Assembly (NCBI GenBank): GCA_041690595.1
Contig: JAWLHB010000010.1
Location: 1-64,000, forward strand
DNA: 64,000 nt
Reading direction: 5' to 3'
From: Lentisphaeria bacterium
GTDB lineage: Bacteria > Verrucomicrobiota > Lentisphaeria > JABSQK01 > JAWLHB01
In this document: positions 28,977 through 39,097 of the stretch, one piece after another
Position numbering within the stretch: the stretch's first letter is position 1
Layout: each line of letters opens with the position of its first letter
Position numbers and translations under genes: made by a program
Notes under the pieces: generated by a model
Database searches by the model: none
What the model saw: the letters and a program-made list of their open reading frames with translations, nothing else
What the model was told of the DNA's origin: nothing

Positions 28977-30389
28977 TCATCCCATGCGGCTGCGCACCAC
29001 CACAAAGTACACGACCAGCACCAGCGCGAGCAGGTACATGAGCCATTTCACCTCACGCCCGCGCCCACTGCCGAACTTGATGATCGGATAGCTGATGAAG
29101 CCCAGCGCCAGACCATCGGCGATGGAAAAGGTGAGGGGGATGCCCAGCACGATGAGGAAAGCTGGTATCGCCTCGCTGTAGTCTGCCCAGTCAATCCGCG
29201 TCACATTATGGATCATCATCGACCCGACAATAACCAGAGCGGGGGCGGTGATGGGGGCATAGCTCCCCACCATCTCCACCAGCGGACTGAAGAAGAGCGC
29301 GATCAGGAACAAGGCCGCCACCGTGAGGCTCGTTAACCCCGTGCGACCGCCTTGCTCGACCCCCGATGCACTCTCGATGAAGCTGGTGACGGTGCTCGTC
29401 CCCAGGCAGGCGCCGACTACCGTGCCGACAGCATCCGAAAGCATCGCCTCCTTGGCGCGCGGCAGTTTGTTGTCCTTCATGAAGCCGGCCTGTTCACTGA
29501 CGCCGATCAGCGTGCCGATCGTGTCGAACATATCCATGAAGACAAAGATGACGATGAAGGGCAGCATGGCAAGGGTGCAGGCGCCCACCAGATCCATCTG
29601 GAAGAGGGTGGGGGAGAGCGGTGGCGGCGTGGAGACGATCCCCGAGGCCACAACGAACTGGGTCATCAGCCCCGAGTCCTTCACCGCCTCCAGGTTCGCC
29701 ACGGCGGGAAAGCTGCCTGCCGTCAGCTTCATGACCAGCGCCAGCATGGTGCCGCCGACAATTCCCCAGAGTATGGCGCCGCGCACTCGCCGCGTGTGCA
29801 GTATGGCCGTCAACAGCAGGCCAAAAAAGAAGATCAGAAGATCCGGCGAGAAAAAGTCCGGATTTAGCATGACCAATGCCCCCGGATTCTCCACGATCAG
29901 CCCCGCCTTGTTCAAGCCGATGAACGCGATGAAGAGGCCAATCCCTGCCGCCATCGCATTCTTCATGCTGGGGCTGATCGCGTTGAGCAGCATCTCCCGG
30001 ACTCCCACCAGTGTCAGCAGCAGAAAGATCAGCCCGGAGATGAAGACGACACCAAGAGCTACCGCCCAGCCATTGGCGAAGCCCGCCGCCGTTGCCGCCG
30101 GCACCACCGACAACACAAAGACGAAGTTCTCGCCCATGCCCGGCGCCTGCGCAATCGGGTACTTCGCGTAAAGTCCCATGATCGCCGTCGCCAGCGCCGC
30201 CGCAAGACACGTCGCCACCATCACCGCCCCGGCATCCATCCCATTCGAGAAGCCGAACAACGCCCCCGTCAGGATCGCCGGCTGCAGGAAAATGATGTAC
30301 GACATCGTCAGAAAGGTCGTCAGCCCCGCCAGCACTTCGATACGTACCGACGTCCCGTTCGCGCTCAGCTTGAAATACCGCTCCAGCAT
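28977..30389 (-). CDS. NCS2/AzgA family purine permease
   Basis: EVLAGLTTFLTMSYI, APGMG, FDTIGTL, FIESASGVEQGGRTGLT, SIADG. Confidence 0.93.
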   Translation of the reverse strand: MLERYFKLSANGTSVRIEVLAGLTTFLTMSYIIFLQPAILTGALFGFSNGMDAGAVMVATCLAAALATAIMGLYAKYPIAQAPGMGENFVFVLSVVPAATAAGFANGWAVALGVVFISGLIFLLLTLVGVREMLLNAISPSMKNAMAAGIGLFIAFIGLNKAGLIVENPGALVMLNPDFFSPDLLIFFFGLLLTAILHTRRVRGAILWGIVGGTMLALVMKLTAGSFPAVANLEAVKDSGLMTQFVVASGIVSTPPPLSPTLFQMDLVGACTLAMLPFIVIFVFMDMFDTIGTLIGVSEQAGFMKDNKLPRAKEAMLSDAVGTVVGACLGTSTVTSFIESASGVEQGGRTGLTSLTVAALFLIALFFSPLVEMVGSYAPITAPALVIVGSMMIHNVTRIDWADYSEAIPAFLIVLGIPLTFSIADGLALGFISYPIIKFGSGRGREVKWLMYLLALVLVVYFVVVRSRMG

Positions 30390-30473
30390 CCGGTCCCCCT
30401 GATGAATTCTTCTCATATTCGACTACTTTATTGAACCTGCCACGATTTTTCCACTCAGTACAGAGAGTAAACA

Positions 30474-30923
30474 ATGCGCTTGATCATGATGGTTGTCGGC
30501 ATTCTCGGTTGTATGGCAAGTCAGGCAGTGGATGAGGCCGAAAAGAACTTCGTCTTGGTAATCGAACCCTATCGACACTACGAAACATGGGTATTCGACG
30601 ATAAGGCCGCGGGACTCGATAAGGAGCCCTTCTTTGCCGGCGTTCCCAGGATAATCGACAAACTGGTCGAGGACATCCCCGACGCGGACAAGGGGTTCCG
30701 GCTGCTGTTCTCGGCAAAGGCATTTCATGGCGCGACGCATGTCTTCCACTGGCGGCGGGGTGAGCAGCAGGGAAATTGGTATTATTCCAAAGAACTGGAC
30801 ATGGAGGGATGGCTTTGCCCCGCCCTTTTCAAGTACTTTCGCGAAGCTCCCAGAAAGATCTACGTCAAGGCAGAGCCGCGGCAAGCGGCCGAAGACCCTC
30901 CCCGCGAAGAAATCGTACCGTAA
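30474..30923 (+). CDS. DUF6717-like protein with N-terminal signal
   Basis: WVFDD..GL.KEPF..G, GWLCPALFKYF..AP..IY. Confidence 0.7.
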   Translation: MRLIMMVVGILGCMASQAVDEAEKNFVLVIEPYRHYETWVFDDKAAGLDKEPFFAGVPRIIDKLVEDIPDADKGFRLLFSAKAFHGATHVFHWRRGEQQGNWYYSKELDMEGWLCPALFKYFREAPRKIYVKAEPRQAAEDPPREEIVP

Positions 30924-30957
30924 GCCTGTCTGCTGGCAGCTTCCCTGAGGAGAACTC

Positions 30958-31836
30958 ATGCTCATCGATGTACACGCTCACATCGGACAGGTTCGACCAT
31001 GCCCCGAGTGTATTCTGGACGCTGACGATTTGCTCCGCAAGATGGACGCCTGGCAGATTGATCGCTCCTGCATTCTGCCGCTCAGCGAGCATCCCGACCC
31101 GAATTACTGTAATTCCGATACCGAGGATATTCTCGCTGCCTGTTCTCGCCATCCAGACCGGCTGACGCCCTTCTGCCTTATCGACCCCCGTATCACCTCG
31201 GACAACCGGGAGAGACTCCTTCGCGAGCGGCTTACGGATTACACCGATCGAGGCTGCAGGGGGCTGGGCGAATTACTCCCTGACATCCCTTTTGACGACC
31301 CTCGCTGCATTGAGCTTTACTGCCTGGCCGGCGAGTACGCTCTGCCGGTCCTCTTCGACCTGCACGATGTGCCGGGCGAATACGGCCTGCGGGACAGCGC
31401 CGGTCTCCCTGCCATGGAGCGCGCCCTGCGCGCGTGTCCGGATACCATTTTCATCGGCCATGGTCCGACCTTCTGGGCTGAGCTCTCTGCCGATGTAACC
31501 GCTTCGCAGCGGGAAGGATGGCCCTGGCCAAACGGTCCAGTGAAACCCGGCGGCGCAGTCCCCCGACTCATGGCGGCATACGACAATCTCTGGGCCGATA
31601 TCTCCGCCGGCAGCGGATTCAACGCCCTGAAACGCGATCCCTCCTTTGCCGTCAGCTTTCTTACCACCTTCCAGGACAAGATCCTCTTCGGCACCGATTC
31701 CTGCCGGAGGTTCGATGCTGAACCTCTTTCTCCCAACCGGGAATGGATGCGCCGAATGCGCGATGAACGACTCCTCGACGAGGAGGTCTGTTCGAAGATC
31801 GAATCCGGGAACGCACGTCGACTGCTGCATCTCTGA
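30958..31836 (+). CDS. Amidohydrolase family 2 protein
   Basis: IDVHAH, GLGE, FIGHG, ADIS, LFGTD. Confidence 0.88.
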   Translation: MLIDVHAHIGQVRPCPECILDADDLLRKMDAWQIDRSCILPLSEHPDPNYCNSDTEDILAACSRHPDRLTPFCLIDPRITSDNRERLLRERLTDYTDRGCRGLGELLPDIPFDDPRCIELYCLAGEYALPVLFDLHDVPGEYGLRDSAGLPAMERALRACPDTIFIGHGPTFWAELSADVTASQREGWPWPNGPVKPGGAVPRLMAAYDNLWADISAGSGFNALKRDPSFAVSFLTTFQDKILFGTDSCRRFDAEPLSPNREWMRRMRDERLLDEEVCSKIESGNARRLLHL

Positions 31837-31939
31837 GCCAGGGACTCTGCTTTCCTGAGAAATTATCATCAGTATATGCTGGACAATTCCGGAATTAAAA
31901 GTATGGTATCGCCAACATTCACCTGAACGAGGGGCGGCC

Positions 31940-32566
31940 ATGGGCATGGCAACGGCAAGGAAAGCTCTCGCACGGCTGCGAGAGGGAAATGAGCGCTTCG
32001 CGGCAGACGTCCGCGAGCACCGAACCGGCATTGACGAAAGCCGGCGCAGCGAGCTGGTCGCGGGGCAGGAGCCTTTCGCCATCATCCTTGGCTGCTCCGA
32101 TTCGCGGGTGCCCGCCGAGATCGTCTTCAATCAGGGACTGGGGGATCTCTTCGTCATTCGCGTCGCCGGCAACATTGTGGCACCATCGCAGGTCGGCAGC
32201 ATCGAATTTGCCGCCGAGCGCTTCGGCACGCGTCTGGTTGTCGTCCTGGGCCATACGCAATGCGGTGCCATAGCGGCGACGATCGAAGAGTTGGAGAGAC
32301 CCGAGGAGATGCGCTCTCCCAATCTGGGCTCTATCGTCAATCGTATTCGTCCATCCGTTGAAAGTCTGCTGAACGCGGAAGACGAGTACGATCATGATAC
32401 CTTGGTTCACCACGCCGTGCGCGCCAATATCCGCGCTTCAGCCGACCACCTGCGCCATGGTTCCGCCATTCTCGAGCAGCTTATCCGGGAACAGAACCTC
32501 CTCGTCGTCGGCGCCGAGTACTCCCTCGAAACCGGCATCGTCGACTTCTTCGACGGCCTCCCATAG
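31940..32566 (+). CDS. Beta-class carbonic anhydrase
   Basis: LREGNERF, GCSDSRVP, RVAGN, LGHTQCGA. Confidence 0.95.
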   Translation: MGMATARKALARLREGNERFAADVREHRTGIDESRRSELVAGQEPFAIILGCSDSRVPAEIVFNQGLGDLFVIRVAGNIVAPSQVGSIEFAAERFGTRLVVVLGHTQCGAIAATIEELERPEEMRSPNLGSIVNRIRPSVESLLNAEDEYDHDTLVHHAVRANIRASADHLRHGSAILEQLIREQNLLVVGAEYSLETGIVDFFDGLP

Positions 32567-32578
32567 CGTCGGCGCGCG

Positions 32579-33544
32579 TCAGTCGATGGCGTGGCAGGCG
32601 GCCCAGTGGTTGGGGCGATGCTCGCGCAGAGGCGGGATGTCGTGCGGGCAGCTATCCACACGAATCGGGCAACGAGGATGGAAGGCGCAGCCTGGAGGAA
32701 GATGCATGGGACTGGGAAGATCGCCGATCTCCTCGGTCATCCTGAGACGCGAATCCGGATCGGCCACCGGAACGGACTTGAGCAGCAGCCGCGTATAAGG
32801 ATGAATGGGATCGGCGAAAAGGTCGTCGGCATTCGCCAACTCGACGATGCGCCCGAGATACATCACGGCGATCCGGTCGCTGATGTAGCGCACCACGCTC
32901 AGGTCATGGGCTATGAAGAGCATCGTCAGTTGCTCGGATTCCTGAAGGTCCTTGAGCAGGTTGAGGATCTGCGCCTGGATCGAGACATCCAAGGCGGAGA
33001 CCGGCTCGTCAGCAACAAGTAGAGTTGGATGCAGGGCGAGCGCCCGGGCTATGGCAATCCTCTGGCATTGCCCCCCGGAAAACTGGTGAGGATGCTTCCG
33101 CAGGGCAGACTCCGGCATCGCCACCAGCTCGAGGAGTTCCCGGATGCGATCTTCCCGATCGGATCGGCTCCAGCCATGGGTGGACAGCGGTTCGTGGAGA
33201 GCCCGGCGGATGGACATGCGTGGATTGATCGACGCGTAGGGATCTTGGAAGATCAGCTGCGCCTGGCGGCGGTGGGCCTTGAGCCGGCGCCCGCGTATAT
33301 GCGTGATGTCCGAACCATCGAAGCCGATCGTGCCCCCATCGATATCGAGGAGGCGGAGGAGGCAACGGGCAAGCGTGGACTTGCCACAGCCGGATTCACC
33401 GACAAGGCCGAGAATCTCCCCCCGGCGCACCCCGAGCGTCACGTCGTTGACGGCACGCACAACGCTGTCGGCTCGCCCCAGACCCCCACGGCTGGTGAAT
33501 TCCTTGGTGATGTTGTGTGCATCGAGCAGGTAGTCATTGGACAT
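32579..33544 (-). CDS. Peptide ABC transporter ATPase (OppF/DppF-like)
   Basis: [37 protein letters not shown]. Confidence 0.95.
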   Translation of the reverse strand: MSNDYLLDAHNITKEFTSRGGLGRADSVVRAVNDVTLGVRRGEILGLVGESGCGKSTLARCLLRLLDIDGGTIGFDGSDITHIRGRRLKAHRRQAQLIFQDPYASINPRMSIRRALHEPLSTHGWSRSDREDRIRELLELVAMPESALRKHPHQFSGGQCQRIAIARALALHPTLLVADEPVSALDVSIQAQILNLLKDLQESEQLTMLFIAHDLSVVRYISDRIAVMYLGRIVELANADDLFADPIHPYTRLLLKSVPVADPDSRLRMTEEIGDLPSPMHLPPGCAFHPRCPIRVDSCPHDIPPLREHRPNHWAACHAID

Positions 33545-34517
33545 CGCGCACCTCCCTTTCCCAGCATGCAACCTGATGGTCGGGAGTACCTTCCAGCGGC
33601 GGATGCCTTTCCCCGCAGTGAGGTTGAGCCAAGTCGCAACGTGGAGCAAAAGGACAGCCTGCGCCAAGCGACTTGAGTTCTGGAGGCTGGCCGGGGATGG
33701 CAGGAAGACGGTCGGGCGGATCGTCCCCGGGGATCGTCGCGAGCAACCCTCTGGTGTAGGGATGTGTCGGGTGCTTGAACACCTCCTTGACTGGACCTTG
33801 CTCGGCAATGCGGCCGGCATACATGACCATGACTCGGTCGCAGGTCTGCGCGACCACGGCAAGATCGTGCGTGATCAGCAGGATGCCGCAATTGGTCTGC
33901 TGCCGCATGTCGAGCATCAACTTCATGATCTGCGCCTGGATGGTGACGTCGAGGGCTGTGGTCGGTTCATCCGCGATAAGGACGTCCGGACTGCCGATGG
34001 TCGCCATCGCAATGACGACGCGCTGCCGCATGCCGCCGCTGAACTCGTATGGGTATTGATCGGCACGCTCGGCGGGGGAGGGAATGCCCACGCCACCAAG
34101 GCTCTCCACCGCCTGCCGCCAGGCGTCGCGACGATCCACCCCGCCATGCAGGCAAGGAACCTCCGCGACCTGGGCGCCAATTCGGTAGACAGGATTCAGC
34201 GAACTCATCGGATCCTGGAAAACCATCCCGAGGCGATCGCCGCGCAACGCGCACCAGTCGCGCTCGGTTTTTCCCGCCAGCTCATCGCCGCGAAGGCGGA
34301 TACTGCCGCTGACTTGCGCTTCCGGCGTTTGCTCGTGGAGGCCCATGATGGCACGCGACAGCGTCGACTTGCCGCAGCCGGACTCGCCGACCACGGCAAG
34401 CATCTCTCCGGGATGCAGGTCGAGATCGATGTTGTCCACGGCGCGCAATCTTCCCTGCCGCGTCTGGAAATCCACGCTGAGACCGCGGACGATTAAAATC
34501 GGTGCTTGTTCGTTCAT
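33534..34517 (-). CDS. Peptide ABC transporter ATPase (OppD/DppD-like)
   Basis: [42 protein letters not shown]. Confidence 0.95.
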   Translation of the reverse strand: MNEQAPILIVRGLSVDFQTRQGRLRAVDNIDLDLHPGEMLAVVGESGCGKSTLSRAIMGLHEQTPEAQVSGSIRLRGDELAGKTERDWCALRGDRLGMVFQDPMSSLNPVYRIGAQVAEVPCLHGGVDRRDAWRQAVESLGGVGIPSPAERADQYPYEFSGGMRQRVVIAMATIGSPDVLIADEPTTALDVTIQAQIMKLMLDMRQQTNCGILLITHDLAVVAQTCDRVMVMYAGRIAEQGPVKEVFKHPTHPYTRGLLATIPGDDPPDRLPAIPGQPPELKSLGAGCPFAPRCDLAQPHCGERHPPLEGTPDHQVACWEREVRDVQ

Positions 34518-34519
34518 GA

Positions 34520-35356
34520 TCAGGAGGCCTTGCGGGCTTTTGGATCGAGCAGATCGCGGAGTCCGTCGCCCAGCAGGTTGCAGCTCAGAACCGCCAGGGT
34601 AATGGCGATCCCAGGAAAGAAGGCGATCCACCATGCTTCGCCCATCCAGTCCTTGCCGCGGCTGAGCAGGATTCCCCAGGAGGGCGTGTCCGGCTCCACC
34701 CCGAGCCCGAGAAAACTGAGCGCGGCTTCCGCCAGAATGGCAAAAGCAAACGACAGCGTCGCCTGAACAATGAGCGGCGCGCTGATGTTCGGAAGAATGT
34801 GGCGGCGGATGATCGTGAAGTTGCTGACGCCCATCGAATGGGCCGCCTCGACAAAGGACTCATGTTTGACCGAAAGGGCTGAGCCGCGCGCCACGCGGGC
34901 AAAGATGGGGATGTAGACGATTCCGATCGCGATCATCACGTTAGTCAGGCTGGGGCCAAGGATGGCCATGATCGCCAACGCCAGAAGGATATCCGGGAAG
35001 GCAAAAAGTACATCGACTACTCGCGAAAGCAGAAAATCGACGATGCCCCCGTAGTAGGCGGCAATGAGGCCGATGGCCGTGCCGGCGAAAAGCGCGATCG
35101 TCACGGCAATACTGCCTACCTTGAACGAGATGCGTGCCCCGTGAAGAACCCGGCTGAAAATGTCCCGCCCCTTCTGATCCGTGCCCATGAGGTACTGAGG
35201 AGTCGGGCTGCCCAGAACATGCTCCACCTGCATGGCGTACGGATCGTGCGGGCTCAACCATGGTGCGCCGATGGCCGCCACCGCCATGAGCGACAGCACC
35301 ACCAGACCCAGCATGGCGGGCTTGTGACGACGAAGTTGGTACCAGAATTCACGCAT
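34520..35356 (-). CDS. Peptide ABC transporter permease (OppC/DppC-like)
   Basis: GTDQKGRDIFSR, FVEAAHSMG, EAALSFLGLG, GDGLRDLLDP. Confidence 0.95.
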   Translation of the reverse strand: MREFWYQLRRHKPAMLGLVVLSLMAVAAIGAPWLSPHDPYAMQVEHVLGSPTPQYLMGTDQKGRDIFSRVLHGARISFKVGSIAVTIALFAGTAIGLIAAYYGGIVDFLLSRVVDVLFAFPDILLALAIMAILGPSLTNVMIAIGIVYIPIFARVARGSALSVKHESFVEAAHSMGVSNFTIIRRHILPNISAPLIVQATLSFAFAILAEAALSFLGLGVEPDTPSWGILLSRGKDWMGEAWWIAFFPGIAITLAVLSCNLLGDGLRDLLDPKARKAS

Positions 35357-35359
35357 GGG

Positions 35360-36301
35360 TCAGAGACGGATCCGGGGGTTGAGCCAGGCATACAGGATAT
35401 CCACGATCAGGTTGATGAAGACAAAGCTGACCGCTACGAAAAGAATCACTCCCTGCAGCATCGGATAGTCACGCGCATTGATCGACTGCACGGCCAGCCG
35501 GCCAATGCCTGGAAGCGTGAAGATCTGCTCGATGACCACAGAGCCGCCCAGCAGATAGCCAATCTGAATGCCGACGATGGTGAGCACGGGAATCAGGGCA
35601 TTCTTCAGGGCATGCACCCAAACGACCCGCCGCGGTGACGCCCCTTTTGCGCGGGCCATGTCGATGTAGTCCATGCGAATGACCTCGAGCATCGACGAGC
35701 GCGTCATGCGCAGGATGACTGCGGCGACTGCACCGCTCAGCGCAAGCGTCGGCAGCAGCATGTAACGCAGATTGCCGACCAGATCCTCCGTTGGCGATAT
35801 GTAGCCCCCCGACGGCAGCCAGCCCAACACCAGCGCAAAGAGCAGCGTGAGCATGGTTCCCAGCCAGAAGTTGGGAATCGAGATGCCGAGCAGCCCGAAG
35901 GTACTGGCCAGGATGTCCGGCGCCCGATGTTGGCGCATGGCGGCGGCGATTCCAAGCGGCACGCTGACCACCAGCGCCAGAAGCACGCTGCCCACGGCAA
36001 GCTGCAGGGTTACCGGCAACCTCTCGAGGATGGCACGCGCTACCGATTGATCATGAAGCATCGAATGGCCGAGATCGCCCGTCAGGACATGCCGCAGCCA
36101 GACCAGATACTGCACCACCATCGGTTTATCGAGCCCATATTGCGCCCGCAGCTCGATGGCCTGCTCTTCGTTATACTGGATTCCCAGCATTGCCGTCACC
36201 GGGTCCCCAGGCACCAGGTGAATCAAGGCAAAGGCAAGCATCGAAATACCCAGCAGAACCGGCAGCGCCACAGCAAGTCGTTTGGCTATGTAGACGATCA
36301 T
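35360..36301 (-). CDS. Peptide ABC transporter permease (OppB/DppB-like)
   Basis: VPGDP, GLDKP..QY, ARAKG, NALIP, DILYAWLNPRIR. Confidence 0.95.
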   Translation of the reverse strand: MIVYIAKRLAVALPVLLGISMLAFALIHLVPGDPVTAMLGIQYNEEQAIELRAQYGLDKPMVVQYLVWLRHVLTGDLGHSMLHDQSVARAILERLPVTLQLAVGSVLLALVVSVPLGIAAAMRQHRAPDILASTFGLLGISIPNFWLGTMLTLLFALVLGWLPSGGYISPTEDLVGNLRYMLLPTLALSGAVAAVILRMTRSSMLEVIRMDYIDMARAKGASPRRVVWVHALKNALIPVLTIVGIQIGYLLGGSVVIEQIFTLPGIGRLAVQSINARDYPMLQGVILFVAVSFVFINLIVDILYAWLNPRIRL

Positions 36302-36323
36302 GACCTGATGCTCACCTCTCCCA

Positions 36324-37907
36324 TCACTCGTCCAGCCAGGTGTCGCGGAGGAAGATCGAGCTGACGGTGGCATGCGGCACAAAGCCGTAAACGGTCCCCT
36401 GCATGGCGACGGTGCGCGCATTCGCATAGAGGAAGGCCATCGGGGCATCGCGTGCAATACGCGCCTGCACCTTCTGATATATGTCGCGGCGGGCGCTGCG
36501 ATCGAAGGTGCGGCGTCCTGCCTCCAGCCAGCCATCCACCTCGCTGTCGCTGTAGCCCTGTTGATTCCACTGGGCGTCCGTGTGGAAGATCGGGTACGTA
36601 AACTCGTCCGGATCGACTGCCCCCAGCCAGCCAACGAGGGTCATGTCGAAGTTGCCGCTGCCAAGTGAGTCGAAGAAGAGACTCGACTCCATGGCCTGGA
36701 CGCGCACATCGATGCCGACCTCCTGCAGAAACTGCTTCACCGCTTCGGCGGCATTCACTTGATACGAATAGTCCGACCCGACCTTCAGCACCGTGTCGAA
36801 GCCATCCGGGTAGCCAGCCTCGGCAAGAAGCTCCCGAGCCTTCTGAAGATCGCGCTCAGGATAAGTCTCCAACTCCTCGGCATGCGCCCAGTGACCCGGG
36901 GGAATGTGGCCGCCCATCAAGGGGATCGCCTGGTCGAACTTGACCAGCTTGTTGAGCATCGCCCGATCGATCGCCCAGGCGACCGCCTGACGCACCTTGA
37001 CCTGATCAAACGGCTTGCGAGTCGTGTTCATCCCGAGGTATTCCCAGAACGTTCCGGGAACCGTTTCGAGCTTTACCGACGGCACGTTGCTGAGCGTACG
37101 CTGATTTCTGGCGGCAACATCGAGAATCATGTGGATCTCGTTGTTCCGCAGCGCGATCATGCGGGCCGTGTCGTCCGGAATCGGCCGAAAAGTCAGCGTG
37201 TCGAGAAAAGGGCGGTTCTCGACGTGGTAGTCATCGAACCTCTTCATCTTACAGTGCAGGTCGTTCTTCCATTCGACGAGACTGAATGGACCGCTTCCAG
37301 CATCGACGCGATCGATGTTGCCGTCGTGCTTCTCGACCAGCTCCTGGTCGAGAATGGCACTCATCGGGTGAGCGAGAAACGTGAGCAGGGGCGCCATCGG
37401 CTGAGAGAGCGTGAGGCGTACCTTGTCCGGTGCGAGCACCTCAACCGAATCCAATGCGGTGAACTGCTGCCGGCGACCGGCGCTCGTCTTCATGCGAAGG
37501 AGCGAGAACTGCACATCGCTGGCCCGCAGAACCCGGCCGCTGTGGAAGCGAATCCCGGAATGCAGAGTCAGGTCGAGCTGCAGATGATCATCGCTGAAAG
37601 CGTAGTCGGCAACCAGGTGCGGCTCGATCTCGCCATACTCCGGTGCATAGCGGAAGAGCGTGCAGTAGAGATTCTCAGAGAGGCGCATACTGGCGGCATC
37701 CGATGCCTTGTGCGGATCCAGCGTCTTGCCGTCCGCCTGCAGAGCGACCAGAAGGTCACCGCCCGGCTCGGGCTCCCCTTCCGGCTGGCGATCCGCCGCG
37801 GCCTGAGGAGAACTTTCCGTTGACTTGCCGCAGCCGGCAACCGCCAGCAACAAGGTTGCCAGCACAATGGCGAGAATAGAACGATTGGAAGGGGCTTCAA
37901 TGATCAT
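36324..37907 (-). CDS. Peptide ABC transporter substrate-binding lipoprotein (SBP family 5)
   Basis: Lipobox VAGC, TLDPH, GSGPF, KVRQAVAWAIDR, ARELLAEAGY; start overlaps the M42 peptidase stop by 11 bp. Confidence 0.93.
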   Translation of the reverse strand: MIIEAPSNRSILAIVLATLLLAVAGCGKSTESSPQAAADRQPEGEPEPGGDLLVALQADGKTLDPHKASDAASMRLSENLYCTLFRYAPEYGEIEPHLVADYAFSDDHLQLDLTLHSGIRFHSGRVLRASDVQFSLLRMKTSAGRRQQFTALDSVEVLAPDKVRLTLSQPMAPLLTFLAHPMSAILDQELVEKHDGNIDRVDAGSGPFSLVEWKNDLHCKMKRFDDYHVENRPFLDTLTFRPIPDDTARMIALRNNEIHMILDVAARNQRTLSNVPSVKLETVPGTFWEYLGMNTTRKPFDQVKVRQAVAWAIDRAMLNKLVKFDQAIPLMGGHIPPGHWAHAEELETYPERDLQKARELLAEAGYPDGFDTVLKVGSDYSYQVNAAEAVKQFLQEVGIDVRVQAMESSLFFDSLGSGNFDMTLVGWLGAVDPDEFTYPIFHTDAQWNQQGYSDSEVDGWLEAGRRTFDRSARRDIYQKVQARIARDAPMAFLYANARTVAMQGTVYGFVPHATVSSIFLRDTWLDE

Positions 37908-39093
37908 CGGATTTGGGTTTCTTTCCTTCTGGTTGATCGACGAGAAAGCCTTCCGGTGCTTCCTTGACGAGCACCTGGTCGGCATCGGGTTGGGTGGAAA
38001 AGCCTTCGAGCGGCGCCAGCCGCATGCGGTCGCGGGCAAAGGTGAGCGGCGATTGCACGTAATACGTGAGCAATTCGGCCAGAGAAGCCAGCGAATCCAT
38101 GTGGGTGCGCTCATAGCCGTGCGATCCATCGACACCGAAGCAGACCAACGACGAACGGATGTCGTTCCCTGCCTCGATGGCTGAAGCAGAGTCGCAGCGG
38201 TAATACTTGAAGACATCACGGGTAAAGGGTATGGCGTTTGTCTCGCAAAGGTGCATCAGTTTCTTGTTCAGGTGATAGTCGAAAGGACCGCTCGAGTCCA
38301 TCATGGCGATGGTTACCCCGTACTCAGAGGAGTTCTGATTGGGAGCGACCGTGTTGTTGTCGACACTGACCATTTCCGCCACCTCGCCGTGAAGAATACT
38401 GGAAGCTCCGCTACCAACCTCTTCAAAGATGGTGAAGAGCAGAAAGCACTTCACCGGCAACGGCACCTTGTTGTCAAGAAGCCACTTCGCGGCAGTCAGC
38501 ACAACGGCGACACCCGCCTTGTTATCGAGATGGCGGGAGTTGATGAAGCCGTTCTTGTTGATCTCCGGCAGTGGATCCAGCGCGACATAATCACCGACGT
38601 CTATAGCCAACTCCCGAACATCTTCGGCTGTACAGACCTTCTCGTCGAGTCGGATCTCCGTCTGCTCCCAGGTTGTGGGTTGGGTGTCGACCAGCAGGTT
38701 GTAGGTATGGCCCGAAGCCAGGAGCGGCAGTATCGTGCCCCGGTGACTGCCTCGCGTCGTGAAGACGGTGACTCGCCCCCCTTCCGCAAAACGCGACGAC
38801 CAGGAGCCGACGGGGACGATGGCGAGGCGGCCATTCGCTTTCACTTCGCGCACCATGGCCCCCGTCGTATCAAGATGCGCGACCAGGGCGCGATGAGGTT
38901 GTTTGGCTTTCTCGGTGCCCATCCTCGCGCGGATCGCCCCGCGCCGGGTCAGTTCAAACGGGATGCCGAGTTCTTCGAGCTTCTCGCCGACCTTGTGGAC
39001 GATGAGGTCTGTGTAGCCTGACGGGCTGGGGATGTGCAGCAGCTCGAAAAGGGTCTCTACAAGGTAATTCTTGTCAATATGCACACTGGACAT
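37897..39093 (-). CDS. M42 family peptidase of the NAGGN osmoprotectant trio
   Basis: PSPSG, AHLDT, RHLDNKAG, EEVGSG, HGYERTH; third gene after asnO-ngg. Confidence 0.9.
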   Translation of the reverse strand: MSSVHIDKNYLVETLFELLHIPSPSGYTDLIVHKVGEKLEELGIPFELTRRGAIRARMGTEKAKQPHRALVAHLDTTGAMVREVKANGRLAIVPVGSWSSRFAEGGRVTVFTTRGSHRGTILPLLASGHTYNLLVDTQPTTWEQTEIRLDEKVCTAEDVRELAIDVGDYVALDPLPEINKNGFINSRHLDNKAGVAVVLTAAKWLLDNKVPLPVKCFLLFTIFEEVGSGASSILHGEVAEMVSVDNNTVAPNQNSSEYGVTIAMMDSSGPFDYHLNKKLMHLCETNAIPFTRDVFKYYRCDSASAIEAGNDIRSSLVCFGVDGSHGYERTHMDSLASLAELLTYYVQSPLTFARDRMRLAPLEGFSTQPDADQVLVKEAPEGFLVDQPEGKKPKSDDH

Positions 39094-39097
39094 GACT

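Noticed and set aside
31869..31907. Putative sigma70 promoter with AATTCCGGAATT palindrome before the carbonic anhydrase
   Set aside because: The -10 element is a poor match; a single 12-bp palindrome is not enough to call.
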